A stretch of 64,000 nucleotides of DNA from Macrostomum hystrix (GCA_950097015.1 CATNEN010000038.1:2232001-2296000), one strand, 5' to 3'; shown: positions 1 to 13,200, counted from the stretch's first letter. Notes: generated by a model from the letters alone, not told the origin. Numbers and translations are program-made.

Positions 1-2490
1 AGTGAGAGAAAGTGAGAGGGAGTGAGAGGGAGTGAATGGGGATGAGAGGGAGTGAGAGGGACTGAGAGGGAGTGAGAGGGAGTGAGAGGGAGTGAGAGGG
101 AGTGAGAGGGAGTGAGAGGGAGTGAGAGGGAGTGAGAGGGAGTGAGAGGGAGTGAGAGGGAGTGAGAGGGAGTCAGAGTGAGTGAGAGGGAGTGAGAAGG
201 AGTGAAAGGGAGTAAGAGGGAGTGAGAGGGAGTGAGAAAGAGTGAAAGGGAGTAAGAGGGGGTGAGAAGGAGTGAGAGGGAGTGAGAGAGAGTGTGGGAG
301 GGAGGGAGAAGGAGTGAGAGGGAGTGAGAGGGAGTGAGAGGGAGTGAGAGAGTGGGAGGGAGTGAGAGGGAGTGAGAGGGAGTGAATGGGGATGAGAGGG
401 AGTGAGAGGGAATGAGAGGGAGTGAGAGGGAGTGAGAGGGAGTGAGAGGGAGTGAGAGGGAGTCAGAGGGAGTGAGAGGGAGTGAGAGAGTGGGAGGGAG
501 TGAGAGGGGGTGAGAGGGAGTGAATGGGGATGAGAGGGAGTGAGAGGGAATGAGAGGGAGTGAGAGGGAGTGAGAGGGAGTGAGAGGGAGTGAGAGGGAG
601 TGAGAGGGAGTAAGAGGAGGTGAGAAGGAGTGAGAGGGAGTGAGAGAGAGTGTGGGAGGGAGGGAGAAGGAGTGAGAGGGAGTGAGAGGGAGTGAGAGGG
701 AGTGAGAGAGTGGGAGGGAGTGAGAGGGAGTGAATGGGGATGAGAGGGAGTGAGAGGGAATGAGAGGGAGTGAGAGGGAGTGAGAGGGAGTGAGAGGGAG
801 TGAGAGGGAGTGAAAGGGAGTCAGAGGGAGTGAGAGGGAGTAAGAGGGAGTGAGAGGGAGTGAGAAGGAGTGAAAGGGAGTAAGAGGGAGTGAGAGGGAG
901 TGAGAGGGAGTGAGAGGGAGTGAGAGGGAGTGAGAGGGAGTGAGAGGGAGTAAGAGGGAGTGAGAGGGAGTGAGAGGGAGTCAGAGTGAGTGAGAGGGAG
1001 TGAGAGGGAATGAGAGGGAGTGAGAGGGAGTGAGAGGGAGTGAGAAGGAGTGAAAGGGAGTAAGAGGGAGTGAGAGGGAGTGAGAGGGAGTGAGAGGGAG
1101 TGAGAGGAAGTGAAAGGGAGTGAGAGGGAGTGAGAGGGAGTGAGAGGGAGTGAGAGGGAGTGAGAGGGAGTGAGAGGGAGTCAGAGTGAGTGAGAGGGAG
1201 TAAGAGGGAGTAAGAGGGAGTGAGAGGGAGTGAGAGGGAGTGAGAGGGAGTGAGAGGGAGTGAGAGGGAGTGAGAGGGAGTGAGAGGGAGTCAGAGTGAG
1301 TGAGAGGGAGTGAGAAGGAGTGAAAGGGAGTAAGAGGGGGTGAGAAGGAGTGAGAGGGAGTGAGAGAGAGAGTGGGAGGGAGTGAGAAGTAGTGAGAGGG
1401 AGTGAGGGGGAGTGAGAGGGAGTGGGAGGGAGTGAGAGGGAGTGAGAGGGAGTGAGAGGGAGTGAGAGGGAGTGAGAGGGAGTGAGAGAGTGGGAGGGAG
1501 TGAGAGGGAGTGAGAGGGAGTGAATGGGGATGAGAGGGAGTGAAAGGGGATGAGAGGGAGTGAGAGGGAGTGAGAGGGAGTGAGAGGGAGTGAGAGGGAG
1601 TGAGAGGGAGTGAGAGGGAGTCAGAGGGAGTGAGAGGGAGTAAGATTGAGTGAGAGGGAGTGAGAAGGAGTGAAAGGGAGTAAGAGGGAGTAATAGGGAG
1701 TGAGAGGGAGTGAGAGGGAGTGAGAGGGAGTGAGAGGGAGTGAGAGGGAGTGAGAGGGAGTGAGAGGGAGTGAGAGGGAGTGAGAGGGAGTGAGAGGGAG
1801 TGAGAGGGAGTCAGAGTGAGTGAGAGGGAGTGAGAGGGAATGAGAGGGAGTGAGAGGGAGTGAGAGGGAGTGAGAAGGAGTGAAAGGGAGTAAGAGGGGA
1901 ATGGGGATGAGAGGGAGTGAGAGGGAATGAGAGGGAGTGAGAGGGAGTGAGAGGGAGTGAGAGGGAGTGAGAGGGAGTGAGAGGGAGTGAGAGGGAGTGA
2001 GAGGGAGTAAGAGGGAGTGAGAGGGAGTGAGAGGGAGTGAGAGGGAGTGAGAGGGAGTGAGAGGGAGTGGGAGGGAGTGAGAGGGAGTGAGAGGGAGTGA
2101 GATGGAGTGGGAGGGAGTGAGAGGGAGTGAGAGGGAGTGAGAGGGAGTAAGAGGGAGTGAGAGGGAGTGAGATGGAGTGGGAGGGAGTGAGAGGGAGTGA
2201 GAGGGAGTGAGAGGGAGTGAGAGGGAGTGAGAGGGAGTAAGAGGGAGTGAGAGGGAGTGAGAGGGAGTGAGAGGGAGTGAGAGGGAGTGAGAGGGAGTGG
2301 GAGGGAGTGAGAGGGAGTGAGAGGGAGTGAGAGGGAGTGAGAGGGAGTGAGAGGGAGTGAGAGGGAGTGAGAGGGAGTGAGAGGGAGTGAGAGGGAGTGA
2401 GAGGGAGTGAGAGGGAGTAAGAGGGAGTGAGAGGGAGTGAGAGGGAGTGAGAGGGAGTGAGAGGGAGTGAGATGGAGTGGGAGGGAGTGA
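1..2490. repeat. 10-bp minisatellite (AGTGAGAGGG)n, running off the window start
   Basis: Direct reading; about 250 units with sporadic variants. ORF 981..2543 is an artefact of it. Confidence 0.98.
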
Positions 2491-3589
2491 CAGGGATTAA
2501 GAGGGCTTTTGATGGAGTTATTGTGAGTTAGTTTGAGTCGCATTGTTATTTAAAATCAAAGCGGCAGAACTCAAGATTCCCAGGAGAAAATAAGAAAAAA
2601 CATCGACAACACAATAATTATTAATTGGAGCTGTTAATCAAAATTCCAGCAAGAATACTCGGGCTGCAGGCTGCTCTGGCTGACTAGATTCTGCAATGGC
2701 TGTTTCAATGACAACCTTATAATAATAAGTAATAAATTACTTTCAATGAATTTCGATTCATCGACTAATAAATGGAGGATTGCAAAGCCAAGCTAAAAGT
2801 AATTTATTTTCTGGATACAAATTTAAAAGATTAATATAAGCTAAAGTTTTCCAGATTACTACTTTCAGTAGCGAGTAAAAACAACAATTTTGTGTAGAGA
2901 ACAAAATCGATTCAACAAAAAACTAAACGATTAAAAATACTCTTCTAATTCAGAATGAATACAATTTTGCGATAAGCAAAACATCAGAAAAAGGCAAAAC
3001 ATCAGCTAAACATACCCAAAGTAAATTATACTGGTATAACGTAAATACAGAAGCTTAGAGTAAGACCAGACTAGAAAAAATCGGGGGGAAAAAACTCGCC
3101 TCATGCTACTGTGGTTAGTAGGGTGAATGCATTACAGATTTGCATCTGCAGTATAGATTAAATTTCTTGCGAGATGAGACAAAAAGGTACAGCGAAATCC
3201 ACGTATATTACTGACGGAATTATTAGAATGGATCGATAAAACGTCATAGGTAAAATTTTCATACAGCAAATATTGAATCGAAAAAAATGGTAGTTTTCTG
3301 ACGTGTGACTGAGTCGGCTTACAGTAAGAAGACTTAGCCAGAGCTTGGGCAGTGTGAATCGGAGTGATGTCCCAGCACTAGCAGCATACCCAACCCGGGT
3401 CAGGCCTCTGACATTCTCTGGGTGACATTTCGCTGCAACTAAACTGCTTCCTCTGTATAAAAGTGCACACTGGGAGAGAGAGTGAAGGATCACCAACTGA
3501 ATATATATATTTGTGTGCTAGGGAGAATGGAAATAATAATAACTGGTATGACTGTGGAGTGATGACACATTAGAGAGCATATAGAAGAG

Positions 3590-3860
3590 ATATGAGATAG
3601 AACCAGTGTAAAATAATGATGGGAGATAGGGCAGAGGACAGAGATTAGAGATTAGGGATGAGACATGAGAGAGATGAGGGATGAGAGATAAAAGATGAGG
3701 GATGAGAGATGAGAGATATAGATGAGAGAGATGAGAGACAGAGATGAGATATGAGAAACTGAGGGATGAGACAGATGAGAGATGAGAAATACAAGAGATG
3801 AGACAGATGAGATATGAGAAATATAAGGGATGAGACAGATGAGAGATAAGAAACATGAGC
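3590..3860. repeat. Low-complexity GATGAGA-based purine-rich repeat
   Basis: Repeated gatgaga/gagatga units; same core as 7530-8370. Confidence 0.9.
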
Positions 3861-4384
3861 CGTCCATAAAAGCTGAGACCAAAATGAATACAAAAAGGAA
3901 AACTTTACACATTTTAAAAAAGCAAACGAGGTCGCACAGGTGAAAAGATCGGAGACACTGGTAAATTTCTAGGAAAAAATCGCTTTCTTGTCTCGCTGTG
4001 CTGGAAAAGAACAAAGCAACAATAAGAATGCTAAAAGCGGCAAAATGGGAACGTTATCGCTGAAATACTTTCATTCGGCATGAAACAATAAATAACCATT
4101 GGACAACACATTATAAGTATAGGATTAGTTATTCTCGCTCAGTTTGCTTGTGACTGCGAACTCAAATCTAAATTAGTCCGAGTCCGAATCTGCAAACTCA
4201 ATGTCGGACAGCGAGTCAGGCCTGGAATTGAGCATATATTATAGTTATTATGAGTAAATAATTATTAGCATGAGACTCTATTGAGTGATAATACTTGCTC
4301 AGATCTGCCAAATATAGTCGGTGTCTTAAAAGTACAAGTCTGTACATGCTCCAGACGGAAATTTCGCATAATAAACTGCATCAT

Positions 4385-4565
4385 GATACACACCCAACCC
4401 TCACATGCCCCAGCCAATACTGGTACCCATTTAACAGCTGGGTGAGCTGAAGCAATGCAGAGTCAAGTGTCATGCTAAAGGATACAAATTTTTCCAGTGG
4501 AGTCTGGAATCGAACACCCGACCTTCACGTCGCGAGTCTCACCCTCTAACCACTAGGCTACAACC
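4385..4565 (-). mobile_element. tRNA-derived SINE with CORE-like central domain (family B)
   Basis: Minus strand TGTAGCCTAGTGGTTAGAG (A box) ... GTTCGATTCC (B box), then CCTTTAGCATGACACTTGACTCTGCATTGCTTCAGCTCACCCAGCTGTTAAATGGG, resembling the CORE-SINE domain. Related copies at 5020 and 40612. Confidence 0.7.
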
Positions 4566-5019
4566 CCATCTGTCCATGGACTGAACAGCTTTACACAGCC
4601 TTTGGATGCGATGCGCAGTAGTTGCGGCTGTCACTGGTTTCAAGTGTCATTTCTTATCTATCAGATCTGATTGCATTTGGCACAGAGCTGCAAAAGTACA
4701 TTTTTTGTCTGATATGAAGTCGCCCAACAATCCGGCCTTCCGATAGAATACAACTATTAGAAGCTATTTTTAGCAAGAGAAATTCACAGCGCCAGATGAA
4801 TTTGCGAGGAAAGGAAGAAATTATTCGTTAATCTATCATAGACTAAAGAAAAATTTTCTAAATTAAGAAAAGTTGATCCCATGGAGAGTAATGAGCAGCA
4901 ACAGTTCTCCCTCATAGTTTTGAAAGCGTTCTTGCTTAGTGACTTCAACTTCGTCGAAGAATAGTAAGAATAATATTGAAAATAACACACTTTAATAATG
5001 AGACGCAACGCCCACGCAA

Positions 5020-5100
5020 CTTGTGGCTAAAGGACACAAATTGTTCCTGCGGAGGAGGGGATTCGAACTCCCGACCTTCGAGTCCGACCCTCTAAACTGG
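5020..5100 (-). mobile_element. Family B SINE 5' fragment
   Basis: gctaaaggacacaaat...ggattcgaactcccgaccttc matches the 4385-4565 copy. Confidence 0.6.
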
Positions 5101-5654
5101 ACAGCAATCCCTTGACATTCGACCATAGAGCAAATATTTGGCAAGAATTGGTATTGAATATTCTTAAGCACTTAGTTAAGGATGATCAGCTTGTAGAATA
5201 TTCAGAGATGAAGAACTGACTGGGTTTGTGCCATAGACAAAAATATTTTTACAACTAAAGCCGGGGTAAACAGCAGGAATATTCTGTTAGTTAATTTCCC
5301 CTATTTTAGTCTCCAGGGCCCGATTTCATAAAGCACTTGTCCGACAAATTACAACTGACAAGTGACAATTCCGGAAATTAATGCGTTTCATAAACATGAC
5401 CTACAAGTTGTCAATTCGACAAGTTACAAGTTACAAGTGACAAGTAAAATTCGACAAATTAAAAGCGCTTTTCTCGGGGTTTTGACCATAGATATTTGCT
5501 GAATCAGTTGCTTCTGCGCAGAATCGGCTCTTTTATTCATCCGAGTTTGACAAGTGGTTGGGACACTTGTAACTGTTGTGCCGTGGTGTACTTTCACTGC
5601 TTAGCGATCTCAGGCTTGCAGTTGATTGGCGCACTGGGCACTGTACTTTCCCTC

Positions 5655-6255
5655 CTCGGCTGTTTATGCTCCACTCACCCCAGTCTGTCGGGGCTCGCTG
5701 GCTTGGCTAGCTGCCCCACCCCTCTCAACGCGTCCCCCCAGCCTGTTATCGCCCCACCCTCCCGCTTGCGTGACTACCTTTAAAACCCCAAGTGTTACCA
5801 TGCTCGCGCAGCTGCTGATTGGTCCGGGCCGCCTCTCTCGCGCGCCGGCCAATCAGCAGCCTTCTCGCTGTTATCTTCTAAACTGGTTGTGTGGGTGGCC
5901 GGGTGGGCCCGGGGTAGCGATACCCGCGGCTTAGTCCGGCCAGCCTAAAATATATATTGGAGTGGCGCCGGTTAGGGGCTCCTTCGACCGTTTGCTCAAC
6001 CCTAACCCTCCAACCGAATCTGAGACTAATTAAGATTGTACCTTAAGGTAGTACCGACCGAGTCCCCCATCGGCGACCACCGCACAGTTAAAGTTGCAGT
6101 CTAAGAAACTGTTAAGTGAGTAACTTTGGTCTTTTTGTCACTCATTTGCGGGTCTGGCTGGGACTGAACTGCGCCATAGGGACGAACTGATCAAGTCTCC
6201 TGACGCGACCCCACGCTCGGATTCCGAAGTCAGTCCGACCAGCGGGCTGACGCCA
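5655..6255. mobile_element. ~600-bp GC-rich nested insertion (possible solo LTR) within the Harbinger
   Basis: Flanked by a 5-bp direct repeat CCCTC (5650-54 and 6256-60); compositional shift; removing it joins an open frame. Only one end has TG/CA. Confidence 0.4.
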
Positions 6256-6268
6256 CCCTCGTGCTCGC

Positions 6269-6679
6269 TCACTGGAAGACAGGATCAGAAGGCGATCCGG
6301 CTTTGTCACAACATAGCACAGATCGCAAACTTCTACTATATTTGCTTTCGCCATGTCCGACACGGAAGATGAAGAGGAGTTGGCAATGCTGGCAAGACAA
6401 TTTCCAAAATTGCATCACACCAAAATTGCATCGTACCAGAGCTCGTCTCTTCAAATTGGCGCTCCAAACAGTGTCTCTTAAGTATTTCCACGGGATTTTG
6501 ACAGTTTCTGGTACAAAGCTGAATCCCATCGCCGAACATGACTCCAGAATTTCCTGCCATTTTTTCTGCTTGTCTTTCTCCGTCAGTGTGCTACTAAACT
6601 TTCCAAACAAAACTTCTCTCCCATCTCCGATGCGCTCTAAAAGAAAAAGCTTGGCAGCCTCTTTCTCCTTCATAATCAA
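6269..6679 (-). pseudogene. Harbinger Myb/SANT-like DNA-binding protein ORF (probably disrupted)
   Basis: LFGKFSSTLTEKDKQKKWQEI...W..LR motif typical of Harbinger Myb-like proteins; lies inside the TIRs. Confidence 0.75.
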
Positions 6680-7529
6680 ACAGTAAGAACACTTTATAAA
6701 AATATAATGACTTGCGATCAGAGAATATTTAGTATACTGTGATAGAATGATAACGTAGCTTTAAAAAGTGAAGCAGATTTTCGAGTTCCGCCGGGAGTTT
6801 GGCTTAGGACCATAGACTAAAGAGGCAACACAAGTGTCTCCACAAAAATGGATCGATTTCTCACAGTTTGCCCATAGACACCAGACACGATCTATTTTTA
6901 ACACGAAGGGCGAGCTTCGGTTTATGAAACCGAAATCGTTGTCACTTGTCGCTTGTTGCTTGTAACTTGTCAAATTGTCACTTGTCGCTTGTAGGCTTTT
7001 TATGAAATCGGGCCCAGCCTAACCACGTGTTCGTCAAATATTCTGCCTCTGGAGTTCTGAGCGAATCGTATAAGTGAAACACTGAGACACGGTTGCCTCA
7101 AGAAGATGAATAAATTCTTCAGAACTATTTGAGTGTTGCGTGGTTCTAGAAAATCCGTAGGCGGATTGGCAAGTCGAAACAGTAAAAAATTCAATTATAA
7201 GTCTCGTTAAACAGTCCAGTGTTTTGTCTCGGGCAGAAATAGGTGAGGCGTAACGCTCGCACTAACATTGGCTTTTCGGCATTTTCTGCTTCAGCAGAGG
7301 CCAAAGCTATAATTATATAAATGAAATTTAGCAGGCTAAATAGGAGCTGCATAGCCAGTAAATGGGACTGTACTCACACGGGACCATAACTAGATTTCTT
7401 CTGGGACTAAAAACTAACCAAATTATCAATTCGGTCTAAACCCAAACTTACAGCAATTGCTAAATAATACATTTTCTCTTCTTTCAGGATAAACGATTTT
7501 CAGCATAATAGCTTTCCTGGAACTGAGGA

Positions 7530-8370
7530 ATGAGAGATAAGAAAGATTAGAGATGAGAAATATGAGAGATAAGAAATGTGAGAGATGAGAAATATGAGAG
7601 ATGAGAAATATGAGAGATGAGAAATGTGAGAGATGAGAAATATGAGAGATGAGAAATGTGAGAGATGAGAAATATGAGAGATGAGAAATATGAGAGATGA
7701 GAAAGAGAAGAGTTGAGAAGCACGAGAGATGGGAAATATGAGAGATGAGAGAGATGAGAAATATGAGAGATGAGAAAGATGATAGATGAGAAAGAGAAGA
7801 GATGAGAAGCACGAGAGATGGGAAATATGAGAGATAAGAAATATGAGAGATGAGAAATGTGAGAGATGAGAAATATGAGAGATAAGAAATATGAGAGATG
7901 AGAAATATGAGAGATGGGAAATATGAGAGATGAGAGAGATGAGAAATATGAGAGATGAGAAAGATGATAGATGAGAAAGAGAAGAGATGAGAAGCACGAG
8001 AGATGGGAAATATGAGAGATAAGAAATATGAGAGATGAGAAATGTGAGAGATGAGAAATATGAGAGATAAGAAATATGAGAGATGAGAAATATGAGAGAT
8101 GAGAAATATGAGAGATGAGAAATATGAGAGATAAGAAAGATGAGCGATGAGAAATATGAGAGATGAGAAATATGAGAGATGAGAAAAATGAGAGATGAGA
8201 AAGAGAAACGATGAGAAAGATGATAGATGAGAAAGATGATAAATGAGAAAGAGAAGAGATGAGAAGCACGAGAGATGGGAAATATGAGAGATGAGCAACA
8301 TGAGAGATGAGAAGATAAAAGGTGAGAAATATGAGAGAAGAGATATATGAAGAGTAGAAATATGAGAGAC
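7530..8370. repeat. Purine-rich GAGATGAGAAATATGA-type minisatellite
   Basis: Direct reading; includes larger internal block duplications. Confidence 0.95.
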
Positions 8371-8409
8371 GAGCTAAACTCCTCCTCCGGAGGAGGTTGA
8401 GGGGAGAGA

Positions 8410-9550
8410 ACTCCCATCGCCTCATCTCCCATCGCCTCATCTCCCATCGCCTCATCTCCCATCGCCTGATCTCCCATCGCCTCATCTCCCATCGCCTCAT
8501 CTCCCATCGCCTCATCTCCCATCCCCTCATCTCCCATCGCCTCATCTTCCATGGCCTCATCTTCCATCGCCTCATCTTCCATCGCCTCATCTTCCATCGC
8601 CTCATCTCCCATCGCCTGATCTCCCATCCCCTCATCTCCCATCGCCTCATCTTCCATCGCCTCATCTCCCATCGCCTGATCTCCCATCCGCTCATCTCCC
8701 ATCGCCTCATCTTCCATCGCCTCATCTCCCATCCCCTCATCTCCCATCGCCTCATCTTCCATCGCCTCATCTCCCATCGCCTCATCTCCCATCGCCTCAT
8801 CTCCCATCGCCTCATCTTCCATCGCCTCATCTTCCATCGCCTCATCTTCCATCGCCTCATCTTCCATCGCCTCATCTTCCATCGCCTCATCTCCCATCGC
8901 CTCATCTCCCATCCCCTCATCTCCCATCGCCTCATCTTCCATCGCCTCATCTTCCATCGCCTCATCTTCCATCGCCTCATCTTCCATCGCCTCATCTTCC
9001 ATCGCCTCATCTCCCATCCCCTCATCTCCCATCGCCTCATCTTCCATCGCCTCATCTCCCATCGCCTCATCTCCCATCGCCTCATCTTCCATCGCCTCAT
9101 CTCCCATCCCCTCATCTCCTATCGCCTCATCTTCCATCGCCTCATCTCCCATCGCCTCATCTTCCATCGCCTAATCTCCCATCGCCTCATCTCCCATCGC
9201 CTCATCTCCCATCGCCTGATCTCCCATCGCCTCATCTCCCGTCGCCACATCTCCTATCGCCTGATCTCCCATCGCCTCATTTCTCATTGCCTCATCTCCC
9301 GTCGCCACATCTCCCATCGCCTGATCTCCCATCGCCTGATCTCCCATCGCCTCATCTCCCATCGCCTGATCTCCCATCGCCTGATCTCCCATCGCCTGAT
9401 CTCCCATCGGCTCATCTCCCGTTGCCTGATCTCCCATCGCCTGATCTCCCATCGCCTGATCTCCCATCGCCTCATCTCCGATCGCCTGATCTCCCATCGC
9501 CTGATCTCCCATTGCCTGATCTCCCATTGCCTGATCTCAAATCGCCTCAG
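8410..9550. repeat. 15-bp minisatellite (CTCATCTCCCATCGC)n
   Basis: About 75 units; the ORFs spanning 7500-9610 are artefacts. Confidence 0.97.
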
Positions 9551-10232
9551 TTCTTTTCAAATGTTAAAAAGCAAAATAATAATTCACAGTTGAAATTTCA
9601 TTGCCTTTAGCGCAAAGGGCAGCCAGTTTTTTAGTAAGTACATTCTTCTCCGCCTACACTGAGAGGCCCGCAAATTTAAAAATTATATATTAACCCAGCC
9701 AACTCTGCCCTGCCCATTGAACGCACTTCAATATTGAACAAATCAGACCCCTCAATAGAACTGACTAACGGCACCCTCTCTCCGCCAATACACAGAGGCA
9801 GTTAGAATGTGCGTACGGCCACCTCTCCGCCCCATTTTTTTTCAAACCGACTGCCAACCCTCCACTGGAGAGAAAATACACTAAACAGATAGGCACAAAA
9901 TGTTGACGCAACTCATTTAACCGAGGCCAATTTCATCACAGCGGGAAGGACATTTGCCTACTATATACTACTTAATAGCCTTTCTGCTTTTTTGAGGATC
10001 ATAGAATTTGAAATTTCAGAATTAAAATAGCCTATAGCCTTCCTCGGAAAATTTCCCATTTTCCCATATAAGTTTCAACGCTGAGTTGCCAGTATTCTAG
10101 GAGGAGATGTCGAACTGACACACACACAGACACACACACACAGACAAACAACACGTGAAAATTAGTATATTTAGAGATGAGAAGGCAAGGATCGCTTCCC
10201 GAAGGAGCGGTGGAAATCGAGTCGAGTCGGAC

Positions 10233-13200
10233 TTACGCAAATGAGCAGCTGTTGACTCGCTTGACTCCAACACCGGCGGCAGCCGCAGCCACCGCAACAA
10301 GCCGCCGGTCGGCACCGACGCTGCCGCCGCAGCCAGAGTCGCTGGTTGGCGACGCGCAGCTGTCCGAAGTTGCACAGCCGGCGGTCATCGCCGAGCAGAG
10401 CCTGAAAGCCGCGGTGTCCTCGTAGACCTCGAACTGGTCGCCGCGGTACACGCCAATTTCATAGGCGGCTAGGCAGGCGTGGTCCAGCTTGCCGGGCAGT
10501 CGGTTCAGCTGTTCAGCCAGGCCGGTGGCTCGCCGCAGACAGCCGCGCGGTGGAATTCGACGCTTGCCACCGCCGTTGCTTGTGGTAGCTGTTTTAGTTG
10601 CGTTTGCTGTTGTGTCTGCTGCCGGAGTTGCAGCGTCTGCGTTGCTGCCGCCGCCGCCACCGCCATCACGAAGATGAAGCTCGGGTGATTCTAACAGGTC
10701 GCGTTTTTGCTGCAAAGTTTTGTGCAGTTTCGATCAGTGTTTTTACACTCGAAACTGCGTGCTAAAAGAATTGTAATCTTAAACGATAATTTTACCGGGG
10801 AAAACAAGTAGCATTGGGTAGAAAGAGCTCTATAATTAGAGCTTAGTCAAGTGAGGTGGGGACTTGATAACTCAAGCTCTTCCTGATATTCTATAAATAG
10901 TTACAATGTACAACTCAGCGTGCGGTGGGTGCTTGAGACAGTAAAGGCGGGTTTGAAAATTTGACCGGCGCTCGATATTCTATAAATAGTAACAATGTAC
11001 ACTTCAGCGTGCGGTGGGTGCTTGAGACAGTAAAGGCGGGCTTGAAAATTTGACCGGCGCTCGATATTCTATAAATAGAAACAATTTACACTTTAGCGTG
11101 CGGTGGGTGCTTGAGACAGTAAAGGCGAGTTTGAAAATTTGACCGGCGCTCGATATTCTATAAATAGAAACAATGTACACTTTAGCGTGCGGTGGGTGCT
11201 TAAGACAGTAAAGGCGAGTTTGAAAATTTGACCGGCGCTCGAAATTCTATAAATAGAAACAATGTACACTGCTGCGTGAGGTGGGCAAGAGCGTAAGCTT
11301 GAGACTGGGGGTTGTCAGTTCAGGGGTAGATTTAAAAAATTGTATGGCTTCTTATTTTTTACATTTAATAACAACGTAGATTTTAGGCAAATTGATTTGA
11401 ATAGGAACGGTTGGGTGCTTAGTGTTTTTAATTATTTAGTTGCGGTTATCGCAGCTTAAAAGTAGTTTATCTGTGGCACAATGTCAATAAAAAAGTTAGC
11501 CTACCTGGGTGACTGTCCTGACGCAGCTCAGCAGACAGTTGCACAGTTCCCTAGCTGACGGCATCTCCCCGGTGGCCAGTTCATGCTCCAGCAGGACTCT
11601 CTCCATCTGCTTCAGGGCGTACTGATGCCGCTCAGCCGGTCGAAGCTCCGGCTTCTCAGTCGGCTGAGACGACAAAGACGAAGCCGGCGATTTGTCGATT
11701 GGGGCCTCGGGTACGGCGATTCTTTGCACCACCGGGTCGAAGTTATCAGTAACGCCGTCAGTGGCCAGGAACAATAGGTCGCCGGGGTCACAGACGGTCA
11801 GGGAGCAGGTGAGGTTGTGCAGCTCCGGCTGGGCGCCGTCCCGGGCAGGCCCGAGGGCGCCGCCGGCGTCTCGCATGTCGCGTGCCGACCAGACGTCGTG
11901 CGAGCCGACGGTGATTTCGCGAATGCCTCGCGCCTTCGACCAGACGTAGGCCAGGGTGTCGCCAAGGTTGACGGAGCAGACAGCGAACTGCGGCTGGCGA
12001 GCCAGCGGCAGGACGAGCGTCATGCAGAGGGTGGTCAGGCCTGCCTGGGCGCGCAGGATGGCAGCGTGGGCGGCGGTGAAGGCCTCCAAAAGGACGCTTA
12101 GCGTCTTGCGCGTGTCAGGCAGGGCGTCTGGCAGGGCGGCGTAGCTGCGGGTGGAGATGACGGACGCAACGCATATTTTGAGATTAGTCTTGAGCACACG
12201 CCATATTCACTCTGCCTTGAGCACACACACCATTCACCTTGAGCACACACCATTTACTTGCCTTGACCACACTCCATTCATATCTGCCTTGAGCAGAGCT
12301 GAGCACACCCCAGTCCCCTGCCTTGAGCAGAGCTGAGCACACTCCGGTCCCCTGCCTTGAGCAGAGCTGAGCAGTCACCAACCTGTTAGCGTGCATGAGG
12401 CCGGCGCGAACCGCAGCTCTGGCAGCCAGGCGACTCTTTTCGCCCCAGTTAACACCATCAGCCACCGCCAGAACCGCTGAGTTGGCCCTGGCAACCAGAC
12501 CAAAGCAGTCCGCTATTGGATCGCCAGACACACGGCCGGTCACCGGGCTGACGTCGTAGAGGCTGATCGCCGAGCCGAAAGCTTTGCGCGATGGTCGGCG
12601 CCAGAATTCCGCGCTAGTGATGCAACTCGATGCGGTGGAGAGTTTTAGGCCTGCAGAACCATTGGTTGAATCAGCATTCAAGATTGATAGAAATTAGTAA
12701 TACCAGTTGGGCTGGATGTACAACCAGTGGCACAGCTGCTCATACTGCGCGTGGCGGCGTTCAATTTTTCAGTCCACGGATCTCTACCCGGTCTCATCTC
12801 TCCCCTGTCTCATCTCTCCCCTGTCTTATCTCTCCCCTGTCTTATCTCTTTCCTGTCTCATCTCTCCCCAGTCTCATCTCTCCCTGTCTTATCTCTCCCC
12901 GGTCTCATCTCTCCCCTGTCTTATCTCTCCCCGGTCTCATCTCTCCCCTGTCTTATCTCTCCCCGGTCTCATCTCTCCCCGGTCTCATCTCTCCCCTGTC
13001 TTATCTCTCCCCTGTCTTATCTCTCCCCTGTCTTATCTCTCCCATGTCTATTTTATAGTTCGAACTGTTGACAACAAGGACGCACCCACCGTTGCCAGAA
13101 AGCGATGGCTTTCGGTCGCATACAGTCAGGGAAGCCTCGGCCAATCCGTCGTCCGGCCCAGAGCAAGCGGCGAACACTGCGGACTCCAGTTGGCCAAGCG

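Larger units (their letters stand above)
5317..7014 (-). mobile_element. Non-autonomous PIF/Harbinger DNA transposon
   Basis: 16-bp TIRs GGCCCGATTTCATAAA (from 5317) and TTTATGAAATCGGGCC (to 7014); 3-bp CAG TSD at 5314-16 and 7015-17; subterminal ACAAG/CTTGT repeats; internal Myb/SANT-like ORF. Confidence 0.88.

Noticed and set aside
981-2543. 520-aa ORF (SHSLSLPLTP)n
   Set aside because: Translation of a 10-bp minisatellite; no coding evidence.
4495-4565. tRNA gene
   Set aside because: A/B boxes are present, but the sequence continues into a SINE body and copies are divergent; likewise at 19015, 40615 and 49600.
7426-9610. Long ORFs (GDEAM)n, (HRLIS)n and (MRRWE)n
   Set aside because: Open in several frames and on both strands because of 15-16-bp repeats.
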